A DNA stretch of 64,000 nt. It comes from Felis catus (taxonomy: Eukaryota). Under the pieces are notes generated by a model. It was given only the letters and a program-made list of their open reading frames with translations. It made no database searches and was not told the origin of the DNA. A program made the position numbers and the translations under genes. Below, one piece after another: positions 25,712 to 37,795 of the stretch. Each line of letters starts with the position of its first letter. The stretch's first letter is position 1. Location: positions 8,186,001 to 8,250,000 of the forward strand of contig NC_058383.1 in assembly GCF_018350175.1 (NCBI RefSeq). Direction: 5' to 3'.

Positions 25712-26324
25712 AGTAAATGTAGTAATTTTAGATAGAGATATGAGTGGGTCAGGTGCTAGGTCTCTCTTGCAATGAATGGCAAATTCCTTCTTTTGGTCCT
25801 GTCGTCTATAGAACCCACCTGCCATTTCCATTTGTGGCTCTCTCTTTTTCTTTGTCACATACAAAGAAATAAAGAACACACAGTAAACAGTTGTGGTCCG
25901 GGGCCCCAAACCTGCACGAATGTCCCTTAGATGCCACCCCCCGGGGACAGCAGCTTGGCCCCCAGCTCTCTTCTCCCTGGGGGTTTGGGGGAATTAACCA
26001 AATGATTCATTGATTCACTCAGATAACCGGCTAATATTGACTAAGCTTTGACTGGGTGTGAGCCTCTCAGGCCCACGGATACAGAGACGAGTGGGAAACG
26101 ACCGTTGGTTTCAGAGTGTGAAGTGTGTTGTAGGGGAGATGGCAGACGTGTGAAGAAGTAAGCATGGCAAGGGAACATGGGTGTGGGCATAGGATGTTGT
26201 GGAAAGATCTCTGGAGGCACCAGATGGGCATCGTCCTAGTTGGAGAGATTAGTGAGGCGCTGGATTCTGGAGGAGACTCACGGGGGACGTGCGGGGTGGG
26301 GACACAGACAGAGGGTGGAAGAGG

Positions 26325-26910
26325 GTCTTAGTCCATTCGGGCTCCTGAAAGAGAACACCGCAGGCCGGGGGTGCTTCTCAACAACAGGCATTTGTTTTTC
26401 ACTCTTCTGGAGGCCGCCGAGACCACGGTGCCGGCAGATTCTGTGTCTGGTGACAGCCTGCTTCCCGGTTCACAGACATCTGTCTCCTGACACGGCAAAG
26501 GAGCAAGGGAACTCTCTGAAGTCTCTTTTAGAAGCGTGCTCATGGGACGCCTGGGCGGCTCAGCCGGTTAAGCGTCTGACTTTGGCTCAGGTCATGATCT
26601 CACGGTCCATGGGTTCGAGCCCCGAGTCAGGCTCTGTGCTGACAGCGTGGAGCCTGGAGCCTGCTTCGGATTCTGTGTCTCCCTCTCTCTCTGCCCCTCC
26701 CTCACGCATACTCTGTGTCTCTCTTTCTCTCAAAAGTAAATATTTAATGAACATTAAAACAAAAAAGCAGGGCACTCATCCCCATTCAGGAGGCTCCACC
26801 TTAATGACCAAATCACCTCCCAAAGGCCCCACCTTCTAATGCCATTGCCTTGGGGGTGGGCTTCCAACATGTGAGTCTGGGTGGGCCGGAAGCATTCAGT
26901 CTGCAGCACA
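26325..26910 (-). mobile_element. MaLR LTR (MLT1A0-like), interrupted by a CanSINE (~26543-26765)
   Basis: gtcttagtccattcgggctcct...ggctccaccttaatgaccaaatcacctcccaaaggcccc...aagcattcagtctgcagca. Confidence 0.8.
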
Positions 26911-28369
26911 GCACAGACAGAGGGGAGCCGGCTGTGCAGTCTCAACAATGGAAAAGATCCTGGCCTGTTGAGGGAACAGAGGTGTCCCTCTGGAGCTGGA
27001 GCATGCAGAGGTGGTGTGGAGGTGGGGGAGGACAAGCGTCATCTAGAAAAGACCAGATTTAGAGACCCCATCGGATACGGGGCAGGGGGACCGGATTTCA
27101 GTCCGGGTGGTGTGTGCGCAGAGGAGCCCCCGGGGGTGGGGGTTGGCCCACAGGGCTGCGGAGGGGCAAGGGGGGGCTGACGCCCATCCTGGGATCTGCG
27201 GGCCGAGCCTGAGTGGGGGTGTGCCCACCCCGAAAACAGGGGCCGCCTTTCCCTAATTCACACAAGCGTGGACAGGCAGTGACCCTAAGGGTAGAGCTCA
27301 GCTTTTACCCCGCTGAGTCTGAGGGCCCCTGGGAGACAATGCAGATGTGGGAGGGAGGGGTGGTCCATGGCAGCCAGGGGACTGGGCACGCAGAGTGAGC
27401 CGACCGAGTGGTGGCAGCACCACCCCGCCGATGGTCACCCGTGTCCAGGGCTTGCCTTCTGTCATGCCAGGCACACACCTTCGTTTTGCTCCCCAACCTG
27501 CAACCCCCACCCCTCCTCAGCCCTCTGACTTTGGACCTGCTTGAAGAAGAACTTGGCTCCCTACTGTCCCCCTTCTGTCTGGGCCTGTCCCCCTCCTCAC
27601 CGGTTTCCAAGGTGGTCTGGAGGGGAGGATGGAACCTGGAGTTGGGGTGGGGGAGCAGGGGAGAAGGGTGTCGGGGGACAGACCACAGAGCAGCATAGAG
27701 CCCTCACTCACCCGGACAGCTGCCTTTGGTGGGGGGTGGCTTCTCTCCAGCTCTCAAGGGGTTTGGGTGCACGTACACCACGGTACCTGCTGGATGCACA
27801 GGTGGGAGCTAAGCAGGCACCTTCTGCTCCACCCCAGGCCCTCTTCCCCCCCCCCCCCGCCCCGCCCCTGCTCCCTGTGCCCTCCCTGCCTCTCAGCTCT
27901 GTTCAAATCTCTCCTCTTGCTTCAAGGCCTCTCCGGAGTTCAAACGGATTTCCCTGCCCCCGGAATCCCCAGCCTCCTCTGAGCTGTTACTTCTGGGTCA
28001 CATGGCGTCAGGGACAACGTTTCCTTATTTGCGTCCTTCCTAAGGGTCCTCCTGTAAGTCCAGCTGTGGGTGAAACTGATGTCTGATTCAGCTGGGCACC
28101 TCCAGGGCCTAGCACAGAGCCTCACCTGTGCCCTTTGGTTCGCCACACGTTAGGATTTGCTTAGTGAGAGCGACAGACACATCTGGGAAAGTGAAAGAGA
28201 GGGACGTGACCCAGATCTTGCATAGACGCAGATGGACAGGCACCAAAAGGTTCAATCTTGTCCGTAGGAGATCATTTTCTGACCGCTTCTGCAGGGCAAA
28301 GGGCCCCTTTGCACCAAGCCACCAAAGCACACATACGTCCTTTAATGTATTAGAAAAGGCCAGGCAATG

Positions 28370-28660
28370 CTACAGTAGTAAGATGTCCCTGACATCTCCG
28401 TGGCTGACCACTGAAGGCTCTCCAGCGCTAGTTAGAGGGCGGGCTGGGTGGGGGAAAGCCTTCTGCACACAGGGGTCCAGGCTGACCCAGGCCCGGCCCA
28501 GGGAACATCTGGGGGACAGACAGGGCTTGGAGAAGTCATACCCCCTCACCTCTCTTTGCCCAGAAGTGGGCGTGGTCCCTTCTCCTACCCAGCGGCCAGA
28601 GCTAGCCACATGGCCCTGCCCAGCTGCAAGGGGGGAGGGGGGCTGGGGGAGGGAGGCCTT
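28370..28660. mobile_element. Degenerate MLT1-type LTR remnant
   Basis: ggccagagctagccacatggccctgcccagctgcaaggg resembles MLT1J/K. Confidence 0.4.
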
Positions 28661-29270
28661 CTCTGGAGAAGGCAGCTGATCCAGACGTTGGTGAACACCA
28701 GTTTCCTCTCCCAGACTTACTCAGGTCCATTTAGGGGAAAGTCTTCCATGGATGAGGTGCCTTTCTTGCCCCGAGGGCCTGGAACCACGGTCTCAGCGCC
28801 TTGGCTCCTGCTTTCCGCTTACCCGACTCGGGAAGTTCTCTTTGCGTTCAGCGGCCATCATCATGCATTGGCCTCCAGGTCGTCCTTGGGGCTCAAAGAA
28901 CAAGTTTCATTCCTTTTGCCCGCACGACTTGGGAGGTCTGGATCGCTCCCGGCCGGTCTTCCCTAAGTCCAGCGTCCCTCCGTGGCCACTCCTACCTCCC
29001 CAGTCACTCACCGTTGCTCTGTTTTACGGTCTTCTCATGGCAGGAGCCCCAAGTGCTGAACTGCAGCACTGGACAGTGCAGGGAGTGAGGAGCCCTGGGA
29101 AGAACTACCCATCACAGACCCTCAGCTCGGGCACTGGTGGGAGGGCCATCATGATGTGGGGTTACTGTGTCTAAACACCCCACCGTCTTCATACCTGTGC
29201 CAGGGTAAAACTGGTAAGGCCAACACTCTCCTGGGCATCGCCTCTTCTTTATTTTGGAATTTCAGTCCCT

Positions 29271-29622
29271 TGCAAGGGACTGAATGTTTGTGTCCCCCCC
29301 ACTCCCCATCCATCCCTTGAGATCCTAACCCCCTAGTATGATGGTATTTGGAGGCGGGGCCTTTGGGAGGTGCTTGGCTCAGGAGGCTGGAGGCCTCCTG
29401 AACGGGACTGATGCCCTCATAAAAGAGACCCCAGCGGGCTCCCTTGCCCCTTCTGCCATGTGAGGACACAGCGAGAAGATGGCCTCCCATGAACCAGGAA
29501 GTGGGCCCTCACCTTGATCTTGGACTTCCAGCTCCCAGAACTGTCAGAAATAAATTCCTATGGTTTATAAGCCCCCTAGTCTATGGTGTTCTTTATAGCA
29601 GCGGAAGGAACACACGAAGACA
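29271..29622 (+). mobile_element. MaLR LTR (MLT1A0-like)
   Basis: ggactgaatgtttgtgtcccc...gatggtatttggaggcggggcctttgggagg...ttggacttccagctcccagaactgtcagaaataaattcc...aagaca. Confidence 0.85.
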
Positions 29623-31205
29623 CGGCCTTCCTTTGTTTATCATCGAACCGTCTCCTTAAGCTCTTTGGGAAGCATTTGCTGGGCTGTGGCCACATTAGGG
29701 AGCAAACTGATCACCATACAAGTTGGGCTTTTAGCGTGGGTGATTGGGCACACTCCCTACTTTTTTTGTGTGTGTTTTTTAGGTTTTGTTTTTGACACTG
29801 CCCCCCCCCCCCCCTTCAAACTTCTGTTTAAGATCATGGGGTGTTGTGGCAGCCGTCAAATTCGCCGTCTCTGAACATCTATCTCACTGCCGGTGTTTGG
29901 GGGAAACAGGTAGGCTTACACTTGCAGGTGTGCTGGGCAAAGCAGAGTTCCTGTTTATAGGGCCCGGGTGGACACCTGTGGGGGTGTGCGGGGGAAAGAA
30001 GACAAATTCAGGGTTCGCACCTTGTAGAGTGGCCATGTTTGGCTCCCACTCTGCCCCGGCCCAAGGACAAAAAGCTTGGAGCAGAACGAAGAAGCCCTTC
30101 TGCTGTGACCGTCCTGCGACCTGGAGTCAACCCTGCCCATTTCTGTGCTGTCTTGGGATCTGGAACAGCTGGGATTACGGGCTGCTGGAGAAATCAATGT
30201 GAAAACCTCTCCGATTCCTATGCGGCCTCCCTGAACTTCTGTGGGGGAACCGGAGAATCCATGTGCAATAGGGCACTGGGCGGGGGGGGAGGGGAAGATT
30301 TCTGTTTTAGATTAACAGGAGGATTTATCATGCCAGAAGGTCAATATTTACCTTGGCTTCAGCTTGATGAGTATTACTTCTCTGTTCAGTGGCTCTCTCT
30401 GCTGACTTCAGCAGAACAGAAGATCTGCTTTTTGTCTGCGATAGAGGATGCTGACTGATACTTTCTTATCAGAAAGGCCTGCTAACAGAGTTGGGGAGGG
30501 GCCCACTCTTCTAGTGTGTGTGTGTGTGTGTATGTGTGTGTGTGGGGGGCCGTCTCCTTCCACCAAGAAATCTGATCCGTCTTTGTACAAACAACCCGTT
30601 TTCAAGGCACTTTCGAACTTGCAAAAGGAGGAGAGAGCACAGGGCCCTGGACAAATCACTTGTCTCCACTCCTTGTCTGAAAAGTAATTCCGAGGACCCC
30701 TGCCTGTCCGTGTCAGGCTTGTGGCAAACAGTGGAGGAGCTCAGGAAAGCCTCCCAGCCTCATTCGGCCGGTTTTCGTTACATGGAGGTTGGGAGGGAAG
30801 AGGTTCTGTGATCGCCCAAGGTCACCAAGGAAGAGAGGAGGAAGGAGTCAGTCCTGCAGTCAGGGTCCCAGCTCCAAGCCCTTATGGCTCAATGTCTTGG
30901 GCTCCTGGGAACAGTGGCTTCCGCCTCTCCCGAAGTGCTAATGGGTATTTGTGGGATGCCGAAGGCACCGGTGTGGAATATAGACACAAGCAGGTGGGTG
31001 GAGCACCGATTAGGCCAGCCAATCAGTGCCCGTGATTGAAGACCCCTAGACTCTCTGAGGTACCGCCTGACCCTTTATTTCAGGGCCCTCAAACATCCCG
31101 TTTGCCACTCACCACAAGTAAGTTTTATCTTAAAAAGAAAACACGCAAACTGTACATCCTTCACAATAATAGTCTCATATTTGTTTTAAAATAAAGTGTT
31201 ATTTC

Positions 31206-31420
31206 AGGGCACCTGGGTGGCGCAGTCGGTTAAGGGTCCGACTTCGGCTCAGGTCACGATCTCACGGTTTGTGAGTTCCCAGCCCCGCGTCGGGCTCTGT
31301 GCCGACAGCTCGGAGCCTGGAGCCTGCTTCGGATTCTGTGTCTCCCTTCTCTCTGCCCCTCCCCTGCTCATGCTCTGTTTCTTTCTCAAAAGTGAAATAA
31401 ACATTTAAAAAAAAAATTTT
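31206..31420 (+). mobile_element. CanSINE
   Basis: Head and tail; flanked by aaataaagtgt repeats (TSD). Confidence 0.9.
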
Positions 31421-32274
31421 TTTTAAATAAAATAAAGTGTGGTTTTAAATTGTTGACCATGGAATACTGGGTTTGTCCCGGGGCCTCTCAGGGTCTCGTC
31501 TGAGAAAGCTCTGCACCCTGGGATATGAGCCTCCTGGTCAGCCCCACTTGGGGGTGGGGGTTGAGAAGGGGGGTGCTCTTCAATTTTATCCCTCACCAAA
31601 GCCTTGCAAATTACCATAATGAACATTTATTGTCATAAGGTGCCAGCACCTTTCAAGCACTGCAGGTGAAGAATTCATTGAATTCTTTTAGCAAACCCAT
31701 GCCCTAGGTGTCGTGATTTACAGATGGGGGCGCTCAGAGAGGTTAGGTAACACGTCCAAAGTCACAGGGCTGGTACCTGTTGAAGTGGGATTCTACTCAC
31801 TGGTGTTCCCTGGGGGGAGTTGAGACCGTATCGCTATTGAACCCTTCTCCGTTCTTCTTGGCTCCCGCGGCCCCATCTTGGGGGGGGGTTGGCAGCTGAA
31901 AATCTTACGTAGAAGAGTGACAGCTCAGTAAGGCTGGGTATATCCACAGGTGCCTTGGAGAGGGGAGTGGAGGACGAAGAGAAGAGTGAATTACTGAAGG
32001 CCGGACCTGGGAAGATCTTCAGAGACAACCAATACACTTTTCACTTTACAAATGAAGACACTGGGAAGGACCAGAGAGGGGAGTTTTCTGCGGGTCATCA
32101 GCAAGTGAGTGGGGGAGCCCGGAACAGACCTGGGGCTTCTGGGTCTGGGTGGTGTGGGCAGTATCATATTTCTTTTCCTGATTTTATGCATCTGTCTTTT
32201 TATCCCTTACCGTCTAAATGGAACCGCCTCTTGTTTGCAGAACTTTTGTCCGAACTGCTGGCTGCCCTTTGCTA

Positions 32275-32481
32275 TTTTTTTTTTTTTTTACTTTATTTAT
32301 TTTGAGAGAGAGAGAGAGAGAAGGGGAGGGGCAGAGAGAGAGGGAGAGAGAGAATCCCAAGCAGGCTCCGCACTGTCAGTGCAGAGCTCTATGCAAGGCT
32401 CGAACTCACAAACCACGAGATCACGACCTGAGCCGAAATCTAGAGTTGGACGCTTAACCGACTGAGCCACCCCGGTGCCCC
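32275..32481 (-). mobile_element. CanSINE
   Basis: Antisense copy; flanks tgccctttgctatttt and tgccttttgccatttt (TSD). Confidence 0.9.
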
Positions 32482-34049
32482 TGCCTTTTGCCATTTTAAT
32501 GCCTCCCTGAAGAGTAGTGCAGGCACCGTGAGGGTGACAACCATATTATTTGCTTCTCTACCAGCCCTCACTGTGCACAGCATGGTGCTGAACACACAGA
32601 AGCTTCCTGGTCACGTTCGTGGGGCCAGAATGAACTTACTGTCCTGCATATGAAACGGAGGACCAAACTCAGACAACTGTCTCAGTCCTGAAGTTGCCGG
32701 GATGAATTAGTTCTTTTCCTAAAGCTTTTCATCCTGAACGAATCCTGAGGTGTACAGAGTAGTGTTACCCCTCTTTTCTCTCTGCACCTCTCTTGTCTGG
32801 GTGTAGCCTGTAGCACTGGACAAATGACTTTAAGATAAAAACGGAATCCTTAAAAAAAAAAAATCTTGTTCCCTTCATGTCACGCCTGCAGCATAAAGCT
32901 AATTTATAGCTACATGGAATTTCTCTGGTCTTTGAGGTCTCATTATGCAAGTAAAGGAGAGGAAGGAAGAAGACAGAATGCTTACAAATTCCTGGGGGGC
33001 GGGGAATGACCTCACCACTTACTGGGTGTTAGCCAACTGCCCAGGGACCACAGTTCAGATTCCTTTTGGGGAGGCCCTGAAAATCCCCTGATAACCCAAA
33101 CTCTCCAAATCTTTTAGGTCTTGAGAGAGGGATGGAGGGCAAGTTGAAGGAAGTAGTTCTAGGTCCAAGTGACATTTCCCATTATGCACTGCCCACTCTG
33201 AGATGGACTGTATCCAACCTGAGTCCTGGTCAGAGACTCGGGACTTGGGAAGTCCACTGACGAGGCCTCAGCAGGATGTGAGAGAGCCGAGTGGAGGAAG
33301 ACGGGTAGTTGGGGGAGAAGGTGAAGCGGGTTGGATATGTTTGGGGATAGGTACTCAAGAGGGTACATATGGGACATGTGAACAAGAGGACAGAAGCCGC
33401 GGGAGTGGGCCTTTCTATTCACATCCCCAACGGCATTTTCCTGTATTCCCCTAAAAACAATTCCAGAATTCTCTTACAAAATGTACTGCAGCCCATTAAG
33501 CACTTCCATATTGGATGGCTTCTCTCCAGACCTCGGGGCATTTTACAGACTAGTAGCTCTTAGTTAGGGGGGCCAAGAGGCAGCTTTGGGGCCTCTGTCA
33601 GCCCCTAGGGTGCTTCAGGGAGAATTAGAAAGACTCAATCTGGGGAGAGGGGGCGCAGCCTAGATTTTGGGCCCCACCTGTCCCCTGCTTGAGGTACAGC
33701 GCTCTGGAGATCTTGCAGCCCAGAAAAGATCAACTTGGGGCCAGGCGGCCCATGGGCTCAGTGTGGGATCTGGGACTCGGCATGCCCGTCTGTAAAAGGT
33801 GGGACTGTAATCCCATCTTCCCTCCCCTGAAGCTACTGTCCAGATCTGATGCCTCATGAATCAGTGATTCCAAGGACAACTTCTCACCCCCGAGTCCAGG
33901 GCTTTCCTCATTCCTGGCTACAGCTCACCTTGGAGAGAGAGAGAGTTGGCAAGGTAGAGGGTGGAGGTGAAAAGGGAGAAGATTCTAAGGAAGCCTGGGT
34001 GTGAAGTAGTTTTGTCCAAAGGGCCCTACACCAAGAGCGTGCTCTTTTT

Positions 34050-34170
34050 CCGGCTTAACTCTTTTGGGCCTCTGTTTCCGCCTCTAAAAAATGGGAATGG
34101 TGGCATCTAATACCGAGGGCAACGTTGTGGGGATGAAAATCGCCCAGGTGAAATTGCCAGGCATGCAGCG
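34050..34170. mobile_element. MIR fragment at the upstream edge of the promoter
   Basis: gggcctctgtttccgcctctaaaaaatgggaat...gttgtggggatgaaa resembles the MIR core. Confidence 0.55.
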
Positions 34171-34586
34171 GGGATCCCACGAGCGTTTGCGGACCCGAAG
34201 AGGGCTCGGTTGGGAAGGTTCTAGAGTGCGTGCGCGAGGACGCAGGCGCGACGTCTGGCTTTCCGGGCACGCGGCTCCCCCCCCCCCACCCCCCGGACCC
34301 CCAGCTCTGCAGCCACTGCCGCCTCCTCGGCCCCGGACCGCCGAGGGTTAATGAAAAAGCCCCACGCCCCCTTTGACGGCGCTGAGCCCACCTCGCCGAA
34401 TTTGAAAAGGCGGCCCTGGAGAGGCGTGGGCGCCCCCCAGAAACTTCCAACTCGCACCCGGGCTCCGCTCGCTCGCCGGCTCGCTCGCTCTGCTCCCGGC
34501 GGGGGCCGCGGGTTCGGTCCGGCCGCGGGTGCGCTCCCGCCTGTCCTGCCGCCCGGGCTCCGGGTCCCCGCGGGCGGCCGCGCAAG

Positions 34587-34744
34587 ATGAAGCTGGCTCT
34601 CTTCCTGCCCTGGGCGTGCTGCTGCCTCTGCGGGTCGGCGCTGGCCACCGGCTTCCTGTACCCCTTCCCGGCCGCAGCCCTGCAGCAGCACGGCTACCCC
34701 GAGCCGGGCGCCGGCTCCCCCGGCAGCGGCTACGGGAGCCGCCG
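34587..34744 (+). CDS. COL26A1: Collagen type XXVI alpha 1 (EMID2), first coding exon: signal peptide plus N-terminus preceding the EMI domain
   Basis: ATG at 34587 (context gcaagATGa) reads MKLALFLPWACCCLCGSALATGFLYPFPAAALQQHGYPEPGAGSPGSGYGSR(R), which I recognise as the mammalian COL26A1 N-terminus. The 158 coding nt end at a canonical donor CG|GTGAGT (intron starts 34745, phase 2). Lies in a CpG island. Confidence 0.95.
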
Positions 34745-35492
34745 GTGAGTAGCGCGGCGACGGCGGGGCCTGGGGGGCGAGCGCTGGGGACGCGGGGCGG
34801 TCGGGGGCTCGGGGCTGGAGACGAGAGGCTGGCGGGCAGAGGGCGCCGGGCGGTGGGGGGGGGGGGGGACGGAGCGCTGGGCGGTGGGGCTGGGGACGCG
34901 GGGCGGCCGAGGACTGGGGGCTTGGGCGGCCTGGACCGGGGCGGGGTGGGGGGGCGCGGGGTCGGGACTGCGGTGGTCTCTGGCCGCGCCCACCTTCTCT
35001 CTTCCTTTCTTTGCTCCCCCAACCTTCGCCCCTTCGGCTCCCGGCTCCGAGTGGAGGTGGCCGAAACCTGCGGGGGTGGGGGGGTGGGGTGGGGAGGCGC
35101 GCGGAGGGAGCGACCGTGGCCCGCTGGGGCTGCGTGGTTCAGTCCCTGGATGTTTACCGGATCACGTGGCTCCGCCGCGCTCACCTGCGCGGTCGCGGCT
35201 TTGTGTTGGGGAGCAGGTTCCCGGGTTGCCAAGGCCGAGCGTCCGGTCTCCCGCCTCTCTTGCTTGCTGCCCAGGGATACCGGGGGGGGGGGGGGAGGCG
35301 GCGGCGGGGGGGGGGGGGACGATTCCGTCCCGTCCTGGGGGCCGGGACCGCGAAGGAGCCTCTGCTGCGCACCCCCCAGTCACCTGGGGACGTGGAACGG
35401 GGCTCCGATTGGACGGATCCCCTGCGGGGCCGGAGAAGGAGCCAGGTCACCGAACCCGAGGCGCCGGGACGCACCGGTGGCTTCCTCCTCTG

Positions 35493-35506
35493 CCGGCAGG
35501 TGGCGC
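35493..35506 (+). promoter_or_regulatory. Candidate CTCF site at the 3' edge of the CpG island
   Basis: CCGGCAGGTGGCGC fits the CTCF core CC(A/G)(C/G)(C/T)AG(A/G)(G/T)GGC(A/G)(C/G). Motif match only. Confidence 0.45.
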
Positions 35507-36069
35507 CCTGGCCACCCCCGAGACGGTTAGGGCAGCGTCTGCTCACCGCGAGGTTGAATTCCCCCAGAAAACGCGTGAGCACGCAAGTGAAAGTTGCCAA
35601 ATGCCCGTTTGCGCAGCTCAGTCGAATTCAGCATTTCCTCATTTAATAATTACAACTCACAGAGTTGTGATGGCTCTCTGGAGCACACAACGTGCATTCG
35701 TACCTTCCGTGTCTTTGGATCCTAACCCCCCTCCAGGGGTACCTATTACAGCGTTATCTTTCCTTCGGGTGAGGAAATGGAGCCCCAGGGGGAGGTCCCC
35801 AAGTTAGTGGCAACTCAGGACCGACCTTCTGTCTGCTTTCTCCCAATCCTGTCCTTTCTACCGCACCACTCTGCTTATTGTTATGGAGGAAGGCAAGAGA
35901 CAGGTCCCAGCGACTTCTCCTGTGTGATATTTATCTACCAAACCCCGGAGAACTATCAAGATGAATCCTGGAAATGAATGTCTTATATAGCACCGGGGAA
36001 GCAGAGATGTTTTGTGCCGGGCAGGCTAGGCTGTATGCTTAATGGCTGGGTAAGGCGAGACTCAGGAAA

Positions 36070-36070
36070 G

Positions 36071-36117
<47 letters not shown>
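36070..36117. repeat. (GC)n(AC)n microsatellite
   Basis: gcgcgcgc followed by about 20 AC units. Confidence 0.9.
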
Positions 36118-36120
<3 letters not shown>

Positions 36121-37567
36121 GTGCTTCTGGAAAACTTTGCATACAATTTTATTTCCCTCATTTTGTTTGGAAATACTTACCCATGGCTTCTATTAGTATT
36201 ATTCTCCAGACACCCACAGTAGTGTGGGCTCTGCACTCATCCCCCGCATATGAGGATAGTCTGAAAAAAACAAGCTTTTCAAGTTGTAGAGTGATCTGTA
36301 TAACATGATCTCATTTATGAAAAAACATTCTGGTTTATGGGGATGTATGCCCAGAAAAAAAAATGCATAGGCAAACATTTCCTACAGTTACCTATGGGGA
36401 GAGTCCAGAGGTCGGAGGGCGGGGGTGGAAGGTGGGTGGGCTTCCATTTTCTCCCTTGGTGTCCCGGTGTCCTGTTTGCATCTCTTACAAGGCGCATACA
36501 TTCCTGTGTTATTTTCGCAATTAAAAAGTGTGGGAAGGAAAAGAAAAAGAAAAGGAAAGCTTCCGCACGGTGAGACATGCATGCGGAGAAGAGCCCGAGG
36601 TGAGGTCCCTGAAGGAAGTGAGTGGATGGGGACGGATGCTCTGGCGTTTGGTGGGGTGCGACTTGGGGAGCGCCACAGAAACTTGGAAGGGACTGTTTTA
36701 GCGTAAATAAAAAGAGGCCCAAACAATTGTGGTAATCTTCCAGAACTCTTTCTACCAGGATGGGAGCCGGGAGAAGGTATAATTAGGTTCAGGAAGGATC
36801 TGGATGAAGCTGTGGAAAATGGATTCCTAAATAGGACACTAGGAGGTGTTAAGGAGGCTCGGGGCAGGTTCCAGATGCTGGAGATTGATGTCCAGAGCGC
36901 CACTGAGCTCCGCTATGCAAAGTCCCGCGTGGGCATGGCGGGCTTGAGCCGGATGGTGTCGTACGTTCCTGGGTCTCGTGAGCGATCAGTCGCAGGTGGC
37001 CTGCGTCCTTGAAATTCAAGAGCCCCAGAAGCAGAGGGCTCGGAGACGACGTTTGGCACGGCGCCCTTCGCAGCCTTGGCCTCCGCTTTGCCTCCGTATG
37101 TGTGTTGACAGTGGCTTGGTCTCAGCCTACGGGCCAAGTGACGGAGCTGTTTCTGACAAACAGTCTCCCTTCAGTTCATGGTATTGCTCCTGTTGGCGTC
37201 CGAGTTTTGGATGTGGTCTGTGTTTTCCTTGTTGGGCGTGCGTGCGCCGCAGATCGCTGCGCCCACCCTTCTGGGCCTGGGCCTGTCTGGGTCTGACATG
37301 TGCTGGGGGCATCTTGCCCAAACCGGGGTGCTCTGCTCCGGTCGCCTCTGTCAGAAGCCCAGGGTGGACCCCTCTGTGGAAGCAACTTTGGCAAAAACAA
37401 AGAGGACCCCACTTCCTCAGAGGGCTGTTTCCAGAAGAATCTAGCAACGCTGCGTATGGGCCACCAATGGTTTTTGCTGGCCAGAGAGCCGTTCAGTTGC
37501 CAAATGAAAGCCGAAGGGAACTGCGGCACCCGTGGACGTGCGGGGCCGCACTAAGAACTGAGCCCCC

Positions 37568-37795
37568 GGGGCTCCTGGATGGCTCAGGGCGTCAAGGGTC
37601 TGACCGGCTCGGGTCCTGATCTCACAGCTCATGAGCTCCAGCCCCGCATCGGGCTCTCCGCTCTCAGTACAGAGCCTGCTTGGGATTCTTTCTCTTTGTC
37701 TCTTCCTGGCTCATGCTCTCTCTCTCTTTCTCTCTCTCCCTCTCAAAATAAATAAATAAACTTAAAAAAAAAACTTAATAAAACTTAAAAATAAA
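37568..37795 (+). mobile_element. CanSINE
   Basis: Flanked by aagaactgagcccc TSD-like repeats. Confidence 0.85.

Larger units (their letters stand above)
34150..35600. promoter_or_regulatory. CpG island / COL26A1 promoter, 5'UTR and start of intron 1
   Basis: Very GC- and CpG-dense compared with flanks. KLF/SP-type CCCACGCCCC at 34361-34370, perfect EGR-type GCGTGGGCG at 34424-34432, E-box CACGTG at 35163-35168. No clear TATA box. Confidence 0.9.

Noticed and set aside
34055..35807. Long overlapping ORFs (197-333 aa) across the CpG island
   Set aside because: Expected in very GC-rich DNA; the translations are Arg/Gly/Pro/Ala-rich with no recognisable family. The true coding frame is the 158-nt exon at 34587.
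37030..37060. ggctcggagacg (GSET), resembling part of COL26A1 exon 2
   Set aside because: Only four residues match; the flanks do not encode the Cys-containing EMI-domain sequence and there is no suitable acceptor.
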